Shown piece by piece: positions 8,152 to 17,622 of a stretch of DNA of 64,000 bases (position 1 is the first letter of the stretch; each line of letters opens with the position of its first letter). Location: IMG/VR virus record IMGVR_UViG_3300031857_000038, positions 1 through 64,000 of that record. One strand, given 5' to 3'. Source of the DNA: a virus. Under the pieces are notes generated by a model that was not told the DNA's origin, did not search any database, and worked only from the letters and a program-made list of their open reading frames with translations. Made by a program: the position numbers and the translations under genes.

Positions 8152-10236
8152 TTATTCTACGTCATCTGTAGCTGTGCTGTAGGTTGTGAACCCATTTTCT
8201 TTCAGCACCTTAAGAACACTCGGGACACGCCCTGCTAGTTCTTCTCTGTGACTTACTAGCCAAATAGACTTGTTGCGTCTACGTGACATATCTTTAAGAA
8301 TAGCCATTGAGTTTTCAACACCAATACTATCCATACCGCTGTCTATAAGTTCGTCAATGAATAGTGTATTGATTGAGAAATATAGATTTTCCCACACATC
8401 ACGAAACGCAAAACTTAATCCAAGAATAAGTCGGTTCCGCTCACCGCGAGATAGATTGTCAAAATCAAGCTCACGCCCGAGTTCGGTAATTTCAACCGAT
8501 AGATCGTTCTTGAAGACAACGGTATGGGGTAATCCTATTTTATCAAGATAATGAGTTAATCTTGCATTCAGATAGCTCAAGTTCTGGTCAATAATCTTCT
8601 TACGAACAAAGCTATCTTTGCTCGTGAGAATATCAAGTAAGAACTTCAAGTGATCACCATACTTACTTAGCTCGTTAATCTTGTCAAATGTAATTGTTTG
8701 CAGCGCACGACTTTCCATATCAATAATCTGTTCGTGATATGGGTCAGTTTCTTCTGCCTTAGTTGCAATAGCTTTCTCTAGATTGTCAACGACTGTGCGA
8801 TGCTCAACTGCTTCTGCCTCAGTGTCATAATGTGTGACTGGACGAATGCCTGCGCTCACACAAGCATTTTCAATCAACTGGTCTGCATAAGGATCGTCTT
8901 CGTTCTTCTTTGCTTCAATCTGTTGCTGCAATCTTTCAAGTTCAGAACTATGCTTGATTGCTTCTGCCTCAGTCTTGTAATGCGTAGTCGGCTTCTCGCC
9001 CAAAACGAAAATAGAATTTTTATTTTTTTCTAAAGAGTTTTGGGTTTGGGCAAGTTCTTCAACTGCGCTAACGAGAAGTTCACGTTTGCTATTGATGACC
9101 GAGGTATGATTCTCATCGTGGAAGTCTTGACCACAAGCGTAGCACTTGTTTTCTTCAAGGGTCTTGATTTCTTGTTCAAGCTTATCAACAAGTGCTTTAT
9201 CCTTCTTCAAAGAAGACTCAAGCGTTGTAATGGTCTTGTTTATATTTGCAAGCTCTAGCTTGTTAGCCTCATAGACCTTTAGGTCAAAGTGAGATTGCAA
9301 CTCAGCCGTAATATCAATATGGCTTAACGTATCATATTGAACCTGCAATGCAGCAACATCACTATCAAGCTTTTGTTTCCAAGCAGTTTGGCGAGCTAAG
9401 ATAGCTTCATAGCGTTCCTGCTTTTGCTTCAAGTCAAGATAGACTGCTAAATCCTTGTGCGCTTGAAGTTCGGCTTCAATATCAATCTTGCTAAGCTCAT
9501 CATAATCAAGCACAAGCTTGTTCAATGATTCGTCGTGCTGCTTCTGCCACAATCTCTGCCGGCGCTTAAGACCATCAATCTGTTCTTGAACACGCACGTT
9601 GGCATCTTCAACTGCTCTGTTTCTGAATTCTTCCTGTTGAATAGAATCCTTGTTCAATCTAATCTTTTCTTTGATTAGGTCTGCCTTTTCAGATAGCAAT
9701 GTGATACCGAGCAACTGTTCAATAACATGACGCTGGTCATTGGCTCTCATAGACAAGAAGGGTTCGCTATAGGTATTGAGAGCAACGATATGTTTAAACA
9801 TATCACTACTCATGCCAATAGCGTGTTCAATAGCTAGCTGCGTTTCTCTGTTCTCGCCCTGAGATTCGTTCTTATCTTCCTTGTTATTCTGCAAACTGTT
9901 GTTTACGTAGAAGCGAAGAACATTGGGCTTTCTACCGCGCTCAATCTTGTATTCAGTACCGTTTACGCTAAACTCTAGCGTAACCATCATACCCTTTGCG
10001 TTAGTGCGATTGATTAGATTGTCTTTACGAATCTGATTGATAGGGTTACCAAACAATACGTAACTCAAGCCTTGAATCAACGTTGTCTTACCAGTACCAT
10101 TTCTAGCACCGTCACCGCCTAAGTCAAGGTTCTCACCTAGAATAAGTGTAAGTTCTTTACTATCAAAGTTTACTGCTTGTGTTACTGCACCAATACTAAG
10201 AAAGTTTCGTAGGGTAATGTTCTTTAATACAATCAT
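8152..10236 (-). CDS. gp46: recombination ATPase, T4 gp46 / Rad50-SbcC-like
   Basis: NFLSIG, Walker A RNGTGKTT, long coiled coil with CYAC zinc hook, signature LSRGE, Walker B LFIDE, VSH. Confidence 0.93.
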   Translation of the reverse strand: MIVLKNITLRNFLSIGAVTQAVNFDSKELTLILGENLDLGGDGARNGTGKTTLIQGLSYVLFGNPINQIRKDNLINRTNAKGMMVTLEFSVNGTEYKIERGRKPNVLRFYVNNSLQNNKEDKNESQGENRETQLAIEHAIGMSSDMFKHIVALNTYSEPFLSMRANDQRHVIEQLLGITLLSEKADLIKEKIRLNKDSIQQEEFRNRAVEDANVRVQEQIDGLKRRQRLWQKQHDESLNKLVLDYDELSKIDIEAELQAHKDLAVYLDLKQKQERYEAILARQTAWKQKLDSDVAALQVQYDTLSHIDITAELQSHFDLKVYEANKLELANINKTITTLESSLKKDKALVDKLEQEIKTLEENKCYACGQDFHDENHTSVINSKRELLVSAVEELAQTQNSLEKNKNSIFVLGEKPTTHYKTEAEAIKHSSELERLQQQIEAKKNEDDPYADQLIENACVSAGIRPVTHYDTEAEAVEHRTVVDNLEKAIATKAEETDPYHEQIIDMESRALQTITFDKINELSKYGDHLKFLLDILTSKDSFVRKKIIDQNLSYLNARLTHYLDKIGLPHTVVFKNDLSVEITELGRELDFDNLSRGERNRLILGLSFAFRDVWENLYFSINTLFIDELIDSGMDSIGVENSMAILKDMSRRRNKSIWLVSHREELAGRVPSVLKVLKENGFTTYSTATDDVE

Positions 10237-10874
10237 GTTAATCCGTTATCTTCACTGAGTTGGTCACACCACTCTTTAATTTCATTATAGTTCACAATCA
10301 CCCTAGATTTATAGTTTTTTGGCAAACTTTTTGTGTGATTAGACATGGTAACTTTACCAAAGTCAAACAACTCGCAGCCAGCAACTAAATCCTCATAACA
10401 AACATCGTAGTGTTCGTATAGTGTTGCATACCTATTCCAACATTCATTCCAGCTCTTTTTAGCCATGATATAATCTTCAAGACGAGATTTTTTTATGTGT
10501 AATTGGTTCTTCTCTAACTCTTGGATTATTAATTCAAACTTTCCACTGCCTAGTCCATTTACTATATTGTGAAATTTAGTATGTTCCATAACAACAGTAC
10601 TAAGAAACTGCTCAAATATATTCTTCCTATAGCATCGTATAAGAATAGGGTTATCATAGTTCTTCATTGACGATAGTAGTCCAAAAGAATGAGTACTCAA
10701 TACTAAGCGTTCATCCCCAGGATTTGGGAACAACTCTGCACTTTCTTGTTCAAATAACTTTTTATCGTCTGTCATGTGCCATTGCCTGCCTAATTTATTA
10801 GCAAGATACACGGAGAGCCAAGTACTTCCTGACCTAGGTTCTCTAAACAACCAGACGATTCTGTTATCAAACAT
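10233..10874 (-). CDS. sulfotransferase-like P-loop protein
   Basis: N-terminal REPRSGSTWL (PAPS-binding-like), R.N..EQFLS and YEDL motifs as in Stf0-type sulfotransferases; start and stop overlap both neighbours. Confidence 0.65.
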   Translation of the reverse strand: MFDNRIVWLFREPRSGSTWLSVYLANKLGRQWHMTDDKKLFEQESAELFPNPGDERLVLSTHSFGLLSSMKNYDNPILIRCYRKNIFEQFLSTVVMEHTKFHNIVNGLGSGKFELIIQELEKNQLHIKKSRLEDYIMAKKSWNECWNRYATLYEHYDVCYEDLVAGCELFDFGKVTMSNHTKSLPKNYKSRVIVNYNEIKEWCDQLSEDNGLT

Positions 10875-11890
10875 TATAGATCCTTGTATATAGCTAGTAA
10901 TAGCTTAGGATCAAAGAAGTCACTTTCAATAGCAGAGATTTGGTCAACAATAATTTGGTCAACGCTTTCAAAGGTTACTTCGCCGGGAGCTAAGTCTTGA
11001 CTGTGTTGGTCTAGTTTCATTGGGATAAGTGACATTTCTCGTATGTTGTGCTTTGGAATCAATGTCTCACGAATGAAGTTAGCTTCTTCGTATGAGATAT
11101 CAATATCAAGATGCACTCTAACACTACTCTTAGGAAGAAGCAAGCCCTCTGGGTTATCTAGTATGTCGCTAAGCTTATATACACGAAACAGTGGTTGTCC
11201 AGGCCATGCGTGAAACTCAGGCTCTTCGCCCCATTCAAGAATCATCATGCCTCGCTGGTCATCGCCAGCATCTGCATAGTTGTGGGGGAAAGCGTTTCCG
11301 ATGTACCAAATGTTGTTACGTGCTTGACGCTTATGGAAGTGACCGCTGAATACTTTCTCAAAGCCAGCTAAGTCATTGTCGTTCACATCGCCGTGATCGG
11401 GCATCTGAACCATAGCATTCATGTAGAATGCAGGAAGCTCAAAGTGTCCAAACAAATACTTGCCTGATAGCTTAGCCAGCTTCTTATGATCTTCACCGAC
11501 TAACCAAGGAGCAATAACTACGTCATCTTGAATGAACCAGTCATTCACGATTGTTACGTTAGGTAGATGCTTCGCCCATTCAACACTATGAACATCACGC
11601 TTGTCTCTATAATAGAGGTCGTGATTGCCCGGAATGAAATAGACATGCTCAAAACTGTTGTTTAGCTTTTCTAAAGCACGAAGACCAAACTGCATAGTTT
11701 GAATATTGATACTTGCTCTATGGTGATTGTAATCACCTAAGAAAAAGCAAGTTTCGCAATTTTCTTCTTTTGCTTTCTGAATAAACCAGTCAACAAAGTC
11801 TGAACAATCTTGGTTATGTTGTACACTGTTAGACTTAAGCCCAAAGTGAATGTCGGTGAAGACTGCTGCCTTCTTGAATAGAGTTTTCAT
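10874..11890 (-). CDS. gp47: recombination nuclease, T4 gp47 / Mre11-SbcD-like
   Basis: Metallophosphoesterase motifs DIHFG, LGD, GNHD, GHFE, SGHFH. Confidence 0.93.
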   Translation of the reverse strand: MKTLFKKAAVFTDIHFGLKSNSVQHNQDCSDFVDWFIQKAKEENCETCFFLGDYNHHRASINIQTMQFGLRALEKLNNSFEHVYFIPGNHDLYYRDKRDVHSVEWAKHLPNVTIVNDWFIQDDVVIAPWLVGEDHKKLAKLSGKYLFGHFELPAFYMNAMVQMPDHGDVNDNDLAGFEKVFSGHFHKRQARNNIWYIGNAFPHNYADAGDDQRGMMILEWGEEPEFHAWPGQPLFRVYKLSDILDNPEGLLLPKSSVRVHLDIDISYEEANFIRETLIPKHNIREMSLIPMKLDQHSQDLAPGEVTFESVDQIIVDQISAIESDFFDPKLLLAIYKDL

Positions 11891-11897
11891 ACTCTAA

Positions 11898-11926
11898 CTT
11901 ATACTAGGTATGAACGTAAAAAGCAA
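11898..11926 (-). promoter_or_regulatory. sigma70-like promoter for gp47 (TTGCTT-17nt-TATAAG), apparently leaderless
   Basis: Minus strand reads TTGCTT TTTACGTTCATACCTAG TATAAG TTAGAGT ATG; no SD. Confidence 0.5.
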
Positions 11927-11939
11927 ACAGTTTGGTGAC

Positions 11940-12836
11940 CTAATCTGCGAGTCCTTGACCCAATTTCTTGCCGCTCATCTGACGGCTAAAGCTTGGATTG
12001 AACCCGTTCATTTCTAAGATATCATCACGAATGTTTTGGCTTCGCTTTTCAGTATTCAACACTCTACAGAAACTATTGTTTACTGCTGCTGTATAGTATG
12101 CGAATGGATTAGCACTCTTTGCTTCATTGAATCTAAGACCAACATATGTTAACTGTAGAATAGCACTTGCTTCCATCTCATCACGGTAAGTATAACCTCT
12201 CCAGTTAAACTTCATTGAATACTTCTCACAAAGCATCATATACATTCTCGCTAACTTATTAGTGATTTGCCCATGATCTTTGTTGAAGTGACCGTTCTCC
12301 ATACCGCCTTCCCAGTGACTCTTACCAACGCAGATGAATGAGTTAGTTTCGTCTAACTTGTAGTGCTGGAAAGGAGGGAAGTTGACCTTGACATGGACCA
12401 TATCGTCAACGTCTTTCTTAGTGGTCTTGTCTTCCAAATCAGAGAAGATATCTTCGTCATCATCTTCAAAGACAAAAATATCTTTGGCTGTTTTTTTCTT
12501 GGTTGTTTTTCTAGGTTGCTTCTGTGACATTGGAACATGCTCCCATGTCATTACACGAAAAATCAAATCAGTAGTTGGAATGTCTTCGGCTAATACTTTC
12601 TCGCCGGTTTCTTGTGTTAGCCTAATTGCTCTTGTTTCTTTTGCTTGTTGAATCTGTTCTGGTTTCAGCGCATATTCTAAACTAGTGGTTAGTTCGCTGT
12701 CGGGCATATCAATGATGATATCGTATCTATGGTACTCCGGATCTACGAATGAGCAATATGTGGTTTTGCTTTTGTGAATTTCTTTTAGAATGTCTTTGTT
12801 ATTTAGATAGTTAATTTTTTTTGGTTTAGCTGCCAT
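11940..12836 (-). CDS. gp55: late-transcription sigma factor, T4 gp55-like
   Basis: NYLNNKD N-terminus, NWRGYTY.DEM, FNEAKSANPFAYYT...NSF; gene order 55-47-46 as in T4-like phages. Confidence 0.85.
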   Translation of the reverse strand: MAAKPKKINYLNNKDILKEIHKSKTTYCSFVDPEYHRYDIIIDMPDSELTTSLEYALKPEQIQQAKETRAIRLTQETGEKVLAEDIPTTDLIFRVMTWEHVPMSQKQPRKTTKKKTAKDIFVFEDDDEDIFSDLEDKTTKKDVDDMVHVKVNFPPFQHYKLDETNSFICVGKSHWEGGMENGHFNKDHGQITNKLARMYMMLCEKYSMKFNWRGYTYRDEMEASAILQLTYVGLRFNEAKSANPFAYYTAAVNNSFCRVLNTEKRSQNIRDDILEMNGFNPSFSRQMSGKKLGQGLAD

Positions 12837-12857
12837 TGTTATTCCTTTAGAGAGAAC

Positions 12858-12887
12858 ATTATACTTACACCGTTGTAAATTTACAAC
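12858..12887 (-). promoter_or_regulatory. sigma70-like promoter for the gp55-like gene with a 16-bp palindrome over the -35 box
   Basis: Minus strand TTGTAA-17nt-TATAAT; GTTGTAAATTTACAAC (12872-12887) is a perfect palindrome; SD AAGGA downstream. Confidence 0.6.
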
Positions 12888-12921
12888 AGTTTAGGGTAAA
12901 AAATCACCAAATTTTCAGCGA

Positions 12922-12927
12922 TAAATA
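12922..12927 (+). promoter_or_regulatory. late-type promoter TAAATA at the head of the baseplate operon
   Basis: GATAAATA upstream of SD GGAG and ATG 12969. The motif recurs at 21771, 22263, 45336, 48707 and 50969 (+) and at 370 and 2195 (-), each in front of a gene. Confidence 0.65.
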
Positions 12928-12968
12928 CATGTAGACTAAACTATTTAGCTACGGAGAAAACACCAAAA

Positions 12969-14429
12969 ATGTCAGCAGAATCGGTACAAGCATATGTTAA
13001 CTGGGTTAGGCGGTCAGGCGGCATCAACTCGCAAGCCGCTAGCCAGCTAAACTCCATTACCGCGCAACTTAATGCGTTAAATCCCGGTAATCCGAATTCA
13101 ACTGCACAACTATCAGCGTTGCAAAGGCAAGCACAGGCAATTGTTAATTCCAGAGACAGTCAAATAGCAGCGTTAGGACGTCCGCCCAACCCTGCTAATC
13201 TTACTGAGAGAGAGCTAGCGCAGGTAGGAGCGCAAATAGGTCTAAATGCTGGTAATGGATTGATTGATTATCGAAACGCTTTAGACTCATTGCAATCAGC
13301 AGGCGCCGCCGCACAAAGAAATATAGGAACTACTCAATCAGCCGGTACTTCTAGAGGTCAAACTGAGCCGGTTACCACTGGCAATGGTACATCAAACCCT
13401 GTTACGAGTGTAGCAGCTTCGGCCAACACTACTACTAGAACATCAGTAACCAATACATCTAATACAACATCAACTACACCAACCGGTACACCTACTACAA
13501 TATCATCTCCTCCAACTACGACAGACCCTTCTCAGCTAGACGATATTCCATTAACGGTTACTACTCTTGGTGACGAGGCATTAACCGCACCAATATTTGA
13601 CCAAGCTGAATTAGAGGAACTTGCGGCGGAGTCGGCGATCGCTTCCCAAGAAGCAGTACTATCACAAGTTCCGTATGACGCTAGAGCAGATTGGAGAGTT
13701 AGACTTGCGCTATCAGATGATCCTAGTGTAAATTATCTTTATAAAGCGCCTAATCCCGGCATTCTTAAACCATTGAACGCTACTAGCGGAGTACTCTTCC
13801 CTTATACTCCTACTATTACTGTTAACTATGCGGCTAGCTATAGTCCAACTGAGTTAGTACACAGTAACTATAAAGCATTTCAATATTCCAGTAGCTCAAT
13901 TGATTCAGTCAGTATTCAATGCGACTTTACAGCACAAGATGAGTACGAGGCTAATTATCTACTAGCGGTGATTCACTTCTTTAGGTCTGCTACAAAAATG
14001 TTCTATGGTCAAGATCAGAATCCAAGAAGAGGTACACCACCTCCCCTGTGTTACATATATGGTATGGGAAGCTATCAGTTTGCGGGTCAGCCCTTAGCGA
14101 TTTCAGGATTTAGTTATAACTTACCCAACAACGTAGACTATATACAAACATCTATGGGAGGTCGCAACCCATCAACTGCGGCTGCTACTACCCCTCCAAA
14201 TAGAACTGACGGTACCGGAGTAGCCCCAGGAGGAGTACCACCGCCTCCCCAATTTGCCCCAGTCGCAGAACCCGGTACAATTTCTTGGGTACCTAGCAAA
14301 ATACAATTATCAATTCAGTGTGTGCCGATGATGAGTAGAAATCAAGTGTCAAATGAATTTAGTTTTGAAAAATATGCAACAGGCTCACTACTTAATGGTG
14401 TAGATACATTCCGCGGAGGATTTTGGTAA
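12969..14429 (+). CDS. baseplate/tail-tube-initiator-like structural protein with Thr-rich linker
   Basis: FPYTP...HSNY...FTAQ...HFFRS.TKMFYG...GTPPP core; first gene of the baseplate cluster. Function inferred from position. Confidence 0.55.
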   Translation: MSAESVQAYVNWVRRSGGINSQAASQLNSITAQLNALNPGNPNSTAQLSALQRQAQAIVNSRDSQIAALGRPPNPANLTERELAQVGAQIGLNAGNGLIDYRNALDSLQSAGAAAQRNIGTTQSAGTSRGQTEPVTTGNGTSNPVTSVAASANTTTRTSVTNTSNTTSTTPTGTPTTISSPPTTTDPSQLDDIPLTVTTLGDEALTAPIFDQAELEELAAESAIASQEAVLSQVPYDARADWRVRLALSDDPSVNYLYKAPNPGILKPLNATSGVLFPYTPTITVNYAASYSPTELVHSNYKAFQYSSSSIDSVSIQCDFTAQDEYEANYLLAVIHFFRSATKMFYGQDQNPRRGTPPPLCYIYGMGSYQFAGQPLAISGFSYNLPNNVDYIQTSMGGRNPSTAAATTPPNRTDGTGVAPGGVPPPPQFAPVAEPGTISWVPSKIQLSIQCVPMMSRNQVSNEFSFEKYATGSLLNGVDTFRGGFW

Positions 14430-14743
14430 TGGCAATTCAATCAACGTACCCACGCACGAGTCCGTATTATAATACTCCTGTCGTTGACAATAAGTTTTTA
14501 GACATTACAACCTATAGACCTATACCGTTTAACCCGCAGGACGTATTCATGACTATTACGCCAGTTTATCAGTTTAGACCTGATCTATTAGCATACGACT
14601 TGTATAACGATGCTAGATTATGGTGGGTGTTTGCTGCACGAAATCCTAACTTACTGGGACCAGACCCATACTTTAACATGGTAGCAGGTCTACAGATTTA
14701 TGTACCTACGCAAAACACACTACAGAGAGTATTAGGCACCTAA
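14429..14743 (+). CDS. baseplate wedge protein, T4 gp53/LysM-like
   Basis: YQFRPDLLAYDLY....LWWVFA.RNP motif; start placed at the TAATG overlap. Confidence 0.8.
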   Translation: MAIQSTYPRTSPYYNTPVVDNKFLDITTYRPIPFNPQDVFMTITPVYQFRPDLLAYDLYNDARLWWVFAARNPNLLGPDPYFNMVAGLQIYVPTQNTLQRVLGT

Positions 14744-14746
14744 TTT

Positions 14747-17605
14747 ATGTCAACAGCAAATATTACTAAAACGGTAGGCAACATACAATATGTGTATGAC
14801 CGCGACCTGGATAGTCAAGGATATACTCTTTCTGTGTATAATGCCGAAACCGGACAATTCTTAACCTCCGCTCAAGCCAACCGCAGAGACGATGGAGGCA
14901 GTATACAGGCTGCCGGGCAGGCGTTGATACTTGAGGCAATAAGTAGACTAGGGACGCTAAATAATCCTCTAGCCGCAGAAGCTAGTACCTATCTCAGCAG
15001 TCAGGGAAGATCAGATATAGCAGAACTTGATCGGAAATATGATGCACTATTTCCACCTCCACCTGCTACTCCCACAATTGATAATACCGCAGCACCAGCT
15101 AACGCTGCGCCAACCGGTACTAATACTTTATCAGGTCCCGCAAGCGACGATAGCGGCACACAACCAACGACTCCCGCCTCAGCAGCTACAACAGCGGCCG
15201 GAACTTCGACTACTCCGCCCCCAACACCGGTATTACCTGGCGGCGCACCTCCCCAGCCAGGAACTGAAAGAACAGATGCAGCCGGCACTACCCCCTCCCC
15301 AAACACTTCAGGTGATCCTCCTTACGAGAATGAAACCTTCACTAGGGTAACCGAAGAATCAATAACAACGCCTGGCGGTAGACCAGGAAGACGCCTTAAA
15401 AATCCTTTAGGATCATTAGCAAGTTATAATTACCAACTAAGCTTATACATGATTACTGCACCGGCATATGAGGCATTTGTCGCTAACGGAAGACGAAACA
15501 TAAACTTGTACGGAGAACAATTAGCGACTAGTGCTACTACGCCTGAACAAACTGCCGAAGCTGGACGGAATGGAGCATTTCTAATAGCACAGAGTGGTGG
15601 AATTGGAGGGAGTGACCAGCGCCCGCCCGGGTTTGAATATGACTATTATATAGATGGGTTATCGTTTAAACATTACGTTAACTCAACTGCAACTGGCGCT
15701 CCGGTATCTGCTACTTCTTACAAATTTCAAATTACTGAACCATATGGTTTTTCTTTATTAACCAAACTAAGAAAAGCCAAAGACACGTTGGCGGCGCCGG
15801 TGGCTGGCGCTACTGGACCAGTTGCGACTGTGCCCCGTGATCCATTGAGTCAATATTATATATTGGGAATTAGGTTTTTTGGATGGGACCAAAACGGCGT
15901 ACAAGTTACTGGTCCTGAAGTCTTTGATGGTAATCCAATTGACCCGTCTGCACCAGGTAATGGTACGTTGTTTGAAAGTTTTTATGATATCATAATCAAA
16001 GAGGTAAAATTTAAAGTAGATGGCAAGGCTACAGTTTACAACATTGAAGCTGAATCAGCATCTATTGGCACTACTATTAATGTGCGAAAAGGGATGGTAC
16101 CTCAGAGTATAACAGTATCAGGTTCTACGGTAAGAGATTATCTTTCTGGTCCTAATGGACTTTTTACTCAACTAAACAAACAACAACAAGACTTGGTTAA
16201 TAACAATACTATTACGAAGCCCGTTGTCTATAAAATTAACTGGTTGGGAGATGCAGAAAGTATTGCAAACTCAAGTATACTTTCCGACGCTAGAACCGAC
16301 AGAGGTGCCGAAACAAGCAGTACTGCGGAAACCACTACAGAAGTTAATCCAGAATCTGAAACTAGAGCATCGCCTAACAATGCCTCACGTAATTTGAGTA
16401 TTGCAAACATACCTATCGTTCAGGCTATTGATCAGATTGTTGCTATGAGCAAATACCTACAAGATTCTATAGCGTTTAATTATACAGACAGTAATCAAAA
16501 CAATCCAGAAACTGCTGCTCCTAATGCGGTGACAACGCCTAATAAGAAATTTACTTGGTTTCATATTAGTCCGGAAATATCTAACATTGAATGGGACGCA
16601 AAAATAAATGATTGGGCATACAGTATTACATATACAATTCAAACTTATCTTATTCCAAGTATAGATAATCCCTTTGTAAACAATAATACTCCATATTATG
16701 GTCCGCATAAAAGATACGATTATTGGTATACTGGACAAAATTCTGAAGTTTTGAAATTTGAACAGACAATTGATAAAGGTTTCTTCAACATTGTTGCTGC
16801 TGGTAACCCAGCAGCTAATTCCAATAATACCACAAGTACTACTGGCACCGGCGGCGCTGCTACGGGTGACGGCGCAGCGACAGGTACCCCGGGTGAAAGG
16901 ACTAATGCTGGAACACGGACAGACCCGGCAGCTGGCGGAACAACCCCTGCAGCCTCTCCCTCACTTACCACTACAGCTACTAATACTACATCACCTACTA
17001 ATAGTGATGGTTCAGGCGCAACCCTCAGTATGGAAACAATTAACAGTGTTAGAACGACATTATATGATCCTGGTGCGTATGCAAAAGCGAAAGTTGAAAT
17101 ATTAGGAGATCCTGATTTTCTTATGCAGCCGTCCCCAAATCTTGGTAATGCTATTGGCCGTGCTACTCCATTTAATAGATTTTATAGTGGAGGAGGATTC
17201 ACTATTAATCCGAACGGCGGACAAGTATTTTTTGAACTTGATTTCAAAGAAGCAGTTGACTATGATGTAGGCGGAGCTAGCGATTTACTTTCAGATGGCA
17301 GAGGGGTTACCGGTACGGGAGGTACACTATCAATTAATGATAGCATTAACTTCGTAAATTACCCAGACAGTGTTAGTGATAAAATTAACGGAGTCGTCTA
17401 TATGCTTACGGAGATTACGCATAATTTTAAGAACGGTGTGTTTACGCAGGCATTAGAGGCAAACCAACCGTTCTTAAACGGCGACATAACTCAGGTTGCA
17501 CCAACTGAACAGCAGCGTGAACAAGATGCGGCTGCTACAACTACCGCAACGCCGCCAGCAACGCCGCCAGCAACGCCGCCAGCAACGCCGCCGGCAACAA
17601 CATGA
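14747..17605 (+). CDS. putative baseplate hub protein (gp27-like position) with Pro/Thr-rich insertions
   Basis: Between gp53-like and gp5-like genes; NPL...ASYNY, ITEPYG, K.Y.Y.YTGQN, I.GDP and H.F.NG.FTQ.L motifs. Confidence 0.55.
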   Translation: MSTANITKTVGNIQYVYDRDLDSQGYTLSVYNAETGQFLTSAQANRRDDGGSIQAAGQALILEAISRLGTLNNPLAAEASTYLSSQGRSDIAELDRKYDALFPPPPATPTIDNTAAPANAAPTGTNTLSGPASDDSGTQPTTPASAATTAAGTSTTPPPTPVLPGGAPPQPGTERTDAAGTTPSPNTSGDPPYENETFTRVTEESITTPGGRPGRRLKNPLGSLASYNYQLSLYMITAPAYEAFVANGRRNINLYGEQLATSATTPEQTAEAGRNGAFLIAQSGGIGGSDQRPPGFEYDYYIDGLSFKHYVNSTATGAPVSATSYKFQITEPYGFSLLTKLRKAKDTLAAPVAGATGPVATVPRDPLSQYYILGIRFFGWDQNGVQVTGPEVFDGNPIDPSAPGNGTLFESFYDIIIKEVKFKVDGKATVYNIEAESASIGTTINVRKGMVPQSITVSGSTVRDYLSGPNGLFTQLNKQQQDLVNNNTITKPVVYKINWLGDAESIANSSILSDARTDRGAETSSTAETTTEVNPESETRASPNNASRNLSIANIPIVQAIDQIVAMSKYLQDSIAFNYTDSNQNNPETAAPNAVTTPNKKFTWFHISPEISNIEWDAKINDWAYSITYTIQTYLIPSIDNPFVNNNTPYYGPHKRYDYWYTGQNSEVLKFEQTIDKGFFNIVAAGNPAANSNNTTSTTGTGGAATGDGAATGTPGERTNAGTRTDPAAGGTTPAASPSLTTTATNTTSPTNSDGSGATLSMETINSVRTTLYDPGAYAKAKVEILGDPDFLMQPSPNLGNAIGRATPFNRFYSGGGFTINPNGGQVFFELDFKEAVDYDVGGASDLLSDGRGVTGTGGTLSINDSINFVNYPDSVSDKINGVVYMLTEITHNFKNGVFTQALEANQPFLNGDITQVAPTEQQREQDAAATTTATPPATPPATPPATPPATT
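17546..17593 (+). repeat. 12-bp tandem repeat (GCAACGCCGCCA) x4 encoding ATPP
   Basis: Three exact copies plus one with a single change, at the 3' end of the hub gene. Confidence 0.9.
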
Positions 17606-17622
17606 GCTTAATGGAAAAATAA

